From the IMG/VR virus record IMGVR_UViG_2910649936_000002, positions 130,713 through 150,785 of that record: DNA of 20,073 nucleotides, one strand, 5' to 3'. Origin of the DNA: a virus. Taxonomy: Duplodnaviria; Heunggongvirae; Uroviricota; Caudoviricetes. Each line of letters opens with the position of its first letter. Positions within the stretch are counted from its first letter, which is position 1. A program made the position numbers and the translations under genes. Below the pieces are notes generated by a model that did no database searches, was not told where the DNA came from, and was given only the letters and a program-made list of their open reading frames with translations. Shown in pieces: positions 18,041 to 20,073 of the stretch.

Positions 18041-18368
18041 AGTATTAGAATGGAAAAAAACTAATAATGGTTGGTATCGCAAGTGGAGCAATGGCTATAT
18101 GGAAGCATGGGGAACCAGTACAGCAGGAAGTAACGGAGCTGCTGTAGGACTTTCATATCCTGTGAATTTTGATATAACAGAAATGGATGTGAGAGTTCAA
18201 GCAACTGCTTTGTACCATACTGGAAGTGGATATACGGCAAGTTATTCTACAAGTGTGCAACCATATAATGCGGGTAAAAATATGCATATTTATATACGTG
18301 ACGCGAATGGTGAAGTTCCACCGTCAGGCGTAGCAATTAGTTGGTATGCTGTAGGACGATGGAAATAA
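18027..18368 (+). CDS. Silent shufflon cassette C (113 aa)
   Basis: Reads from site 3: LNSNLVLEWKKTNNGWYRKWSNGYMEAWG...ISWYAVGRWK*. Paralogous to cassettes A and B. Confidence 0.88.
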   Translation, partial: LNSNLVLEWKKTNNGWYRKWSNGYMEAWGTSTAGSNGAAVGLSYPVNFDITEMDVRVQATALYHTGSGYTASYSTSVQPYNAGKNMHIYIRDANGEVPPSGVAISWYAVGRWK

Positions 18369-18372
18369 CATG

Positions 18373-18765
18373 TTACTTTAGTTCACAAAAAAATTCCCAT
18401 GTCAAAATAACAGAACGCGGTGGTGATGTTAAATAATATGATAATGATGTCACTATCGCTCTTGAATCTGAAACTTTTAAACCATTATAATTATTGATGG
18501 TAAAAATTCCAGAACAATCACCAGATGAAAAATTTACAAATAATGGCGTTTTTACGTTCATTCCTGTTTGTTTCGGAGTTAATGCTAAATTAGAAATATT
18601 TCCATAATACATGTTACCAATTGTTGAAGATGGATTAAGAGTATCACTCCACGTTCCTATTGTATACATATAACGAATATTATTTATAACAATTATAAAA
18701 CAAGTATATGTATAAGGAGAACTACTGTATTTCTTTAGTGATTCGAATCTTAAATTGCTATTTAA
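18373..18765 (-). CDS. Silent shufflon cassette D (130 aa, divergent type)
   Basis: Reads from site 4: LNSNLRFESLKKYSSSPYTYTCFIIVINNIRYMYTIGTW...LTWEFFCELK*. Open and in frame. Confidence 0.82.
   Translation of the reverse strand, partial: LNSNLRFESLKKYSSSPYTYTCFIIVINNIRYMYTIGTWSDTLNPSSTIGNMYYGNISNLALTPKQTGMNVKTPLFVNFSSGDCSGIFTINNYNGLKVSDSRAIVTSLSYYLTSPPRSVILTWEFFCELK
18752..18765 (-). repeat. Shufflon site 4 (inverted)
   Basis: Exact AAATTGCTATTTAA. Confidence 0.92.
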
Positions 18766-18984
18766 CCCAGTAACTTTTATGAGATAAAATTAGTATAAAT
18801 TCAATTTTGCAACTTACCAATCCCATACATTAAACAATAGTATTCATTTATTCAGTAGATGTTTTCTTCTACTTTTTATTTTTAATTTTCAAATTCGAAA
18901 GGAGAAATTATTATGAGTTTATGCAATGGTATACCATAAGTCACATAGTAATATTATTCAAATTAACATTAAGTTAAATGTATC

Positions 18985-19012
18985 AAATAAGAGCTTAAAG
19001 CTCTTATTTTTT
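18985..19012 (+). terminator. Terminator-like hairpin upstream of the endolysin (possibly bidirectional)
   Basis: AAATAAGAGCT-TAA-AGCTCTTATTT followed by further T residues. Confidence 0.6.
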
Positions 19013-19044
19013 ATGCGCAAAATTGCGCGGAAAGGAGAAAATAT

Positions 19045-20073
19045 ATGAAAATAGGATTAAGAGGCGGGCACAGCCCGAACTGTAAAGGTGCGGTCGGGAT
19101 TCTTGATGAACAGGCAGAAGTAAGGAAGATTTATAATGCATTAGTACCAAAGTTGCAGGCACAAGGGCATACAGTAGTAGATTGTAATTCTAATGCGTAT
19201 GATGTAAACAGTGAGCTTTCAGAAGGCACAAACAAGGCTAACTCAAACGGTTGTGATGTATATATTACTATTCATATGAACGCATCCGGCGGAGCTGGAA
19301 ATGGTACAGAATGTTGGTTGTATGACGGAAGCAATGGGACAATGAATAGCATTGCAGATAATATCTGCAATAATTTTGCAAAGAAAGGATTTCAAAACCG
19401 AGGGAGAAAATATAATACAGGATACCATGACTTAAATGCTTCCGCCATGCCGGCGATGATTGTTGAAACGCTATTTTGCGATAACAGCCATGACGCTAAC
19501 TTATATAACAGTTTGGGGTCATCTGGCATTGCTGAATTGATTGCAAAGGGGATAGCAGGACAGACAGTATCTGGAGGAGGTTCGTATACGCCGCCTGTAT
19601 CTGGAAGCGGAGGAAGTTCTTCTAATAGTTCTGGAGATGCAGAAGTTGTATTTACCTATGCTGTAAAATTGACAGATGGAACAATTTTGCCATTTGTGAG
19701 CAACCTGTCTGATTATGCAGGGCTTCCAGAACGGACAATCGCTGGAATTGCAATTAAAGTAAACAAGGGTTCTGTGAAATATCGGGTACATGTTAAAGGC
19801 GGCGGATGGTATCCATATGTAACTGGATGTAATTGGAACGATATTAACAATGGATGGGCTGGTGACAATGGTATTGTGATTGATGCAGTAGAAGTATATT
19901 ATAATACTCCGGCTGATATTATAAATACATATGGCTACCAGAAAGCGCAGTACCGCGTAGCTCCAATAGGTGGCGGTTATTATCCGTGGCAGTTCGATAA
20001 TGAAGTTGGCAATGGACAGGATGGCTATGCTGGCGTGTTTGGAATTGCGTTTGATAAATTCCAATTATTTTAA
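19045..20073 (+). CDS. Endolysin, N-acetylmuramoyl-L-alanine amidase (Amidase_3) with a C-terminal cell-wall-binding region
   Basis: Zn ligands and catalytic residues in GGH, DEQ, IHMNA and VETLFCD. Gly/Ser linker. C-terminal YRVHVKGGGWYPYV / YRVAPIGGGYYPW repeats (ChW-like). AAAGGAG RBS. Confidence 0.92.
   Translation: MKIGLRGGHSPNCKGAVGILDEQAEVRKIYNALVPKLQAQGHTVVDCNSNAYDVNSELSEGTNKANSNGCDVYITIHMNASGGAGNGTECWLYDGSNGTMNSIADNICNNFAKKGFQNRGRKYNTGYHDLNASAMPAMIVETLFCDNSHDANLYNSLGSSGIAELIAKGIAGQTVSGGGSYTPPVSGSGGSSSNSSGDAEVVFTYAVKLTDGTILPFVSNLSDYAGLPERTIAGIAIKVNKGSVKYRVHVKGGGWYPYVTGCNWNDINNGWAGDNGIVIDAVEVYYNTPADIINTYGYQKAQYRVAPIGGGYYPWQFDNEVGNGQDGYAGVFGIAFDKFQLF

Noticed and set aside
16116-18765. 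Diversity-generating retroelement
   Set aside because: No reverse transcriptase and no near-identical TR/VR pair differing only at adenines; the cassettes share only the 14-bp site and protein motifs.
19519-20064. 181-aa - strand ORF
   Set aside because: Antisense to the well-supported endolysin.

Overview
Tail-to-lysis module of a large, AT-rich siphovirus or prophage, probably infecting a Firmicutes/Clostridia host (host is inferred). Gene order on the + strand: tape measure protein (5'-truncated), a two-gene moron, Dit, Tal/tail spike, a DUF859/FN3-like tail protein, a hypothetical tail-associated protein, a small fibre/adhesin gene, and an Amidase_3 endolysin. The ORF track misses three structures. 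(1) A group I intron (1204-2750) splits the tape measure gene and carries a Zn-ribbon/Vsr-like homing endonuclease in P8; splicing restores the frame exactly. (2) An IStron (group I intron plus IS200/IS605 ends plus tnpB, no tnpA; 8775-10528) sits after TTGAT in the Tal gene; splicing gives one 1758-aa protein. A perfect 20-bp inverted repeat flanks tnpB and overlaps the predicted omega-RNA. (3) A four-cassette shufflon (16116-18765) has four identical 14-bp sites TTAAATAGCAATTT in +/-/+/- orientation. Each site begins an in-frame alternative C-terminus for the small fibre gene, and a tyrosine recombinase lies inside the invertible region. All calls come from reading the sequence; no searches were run.
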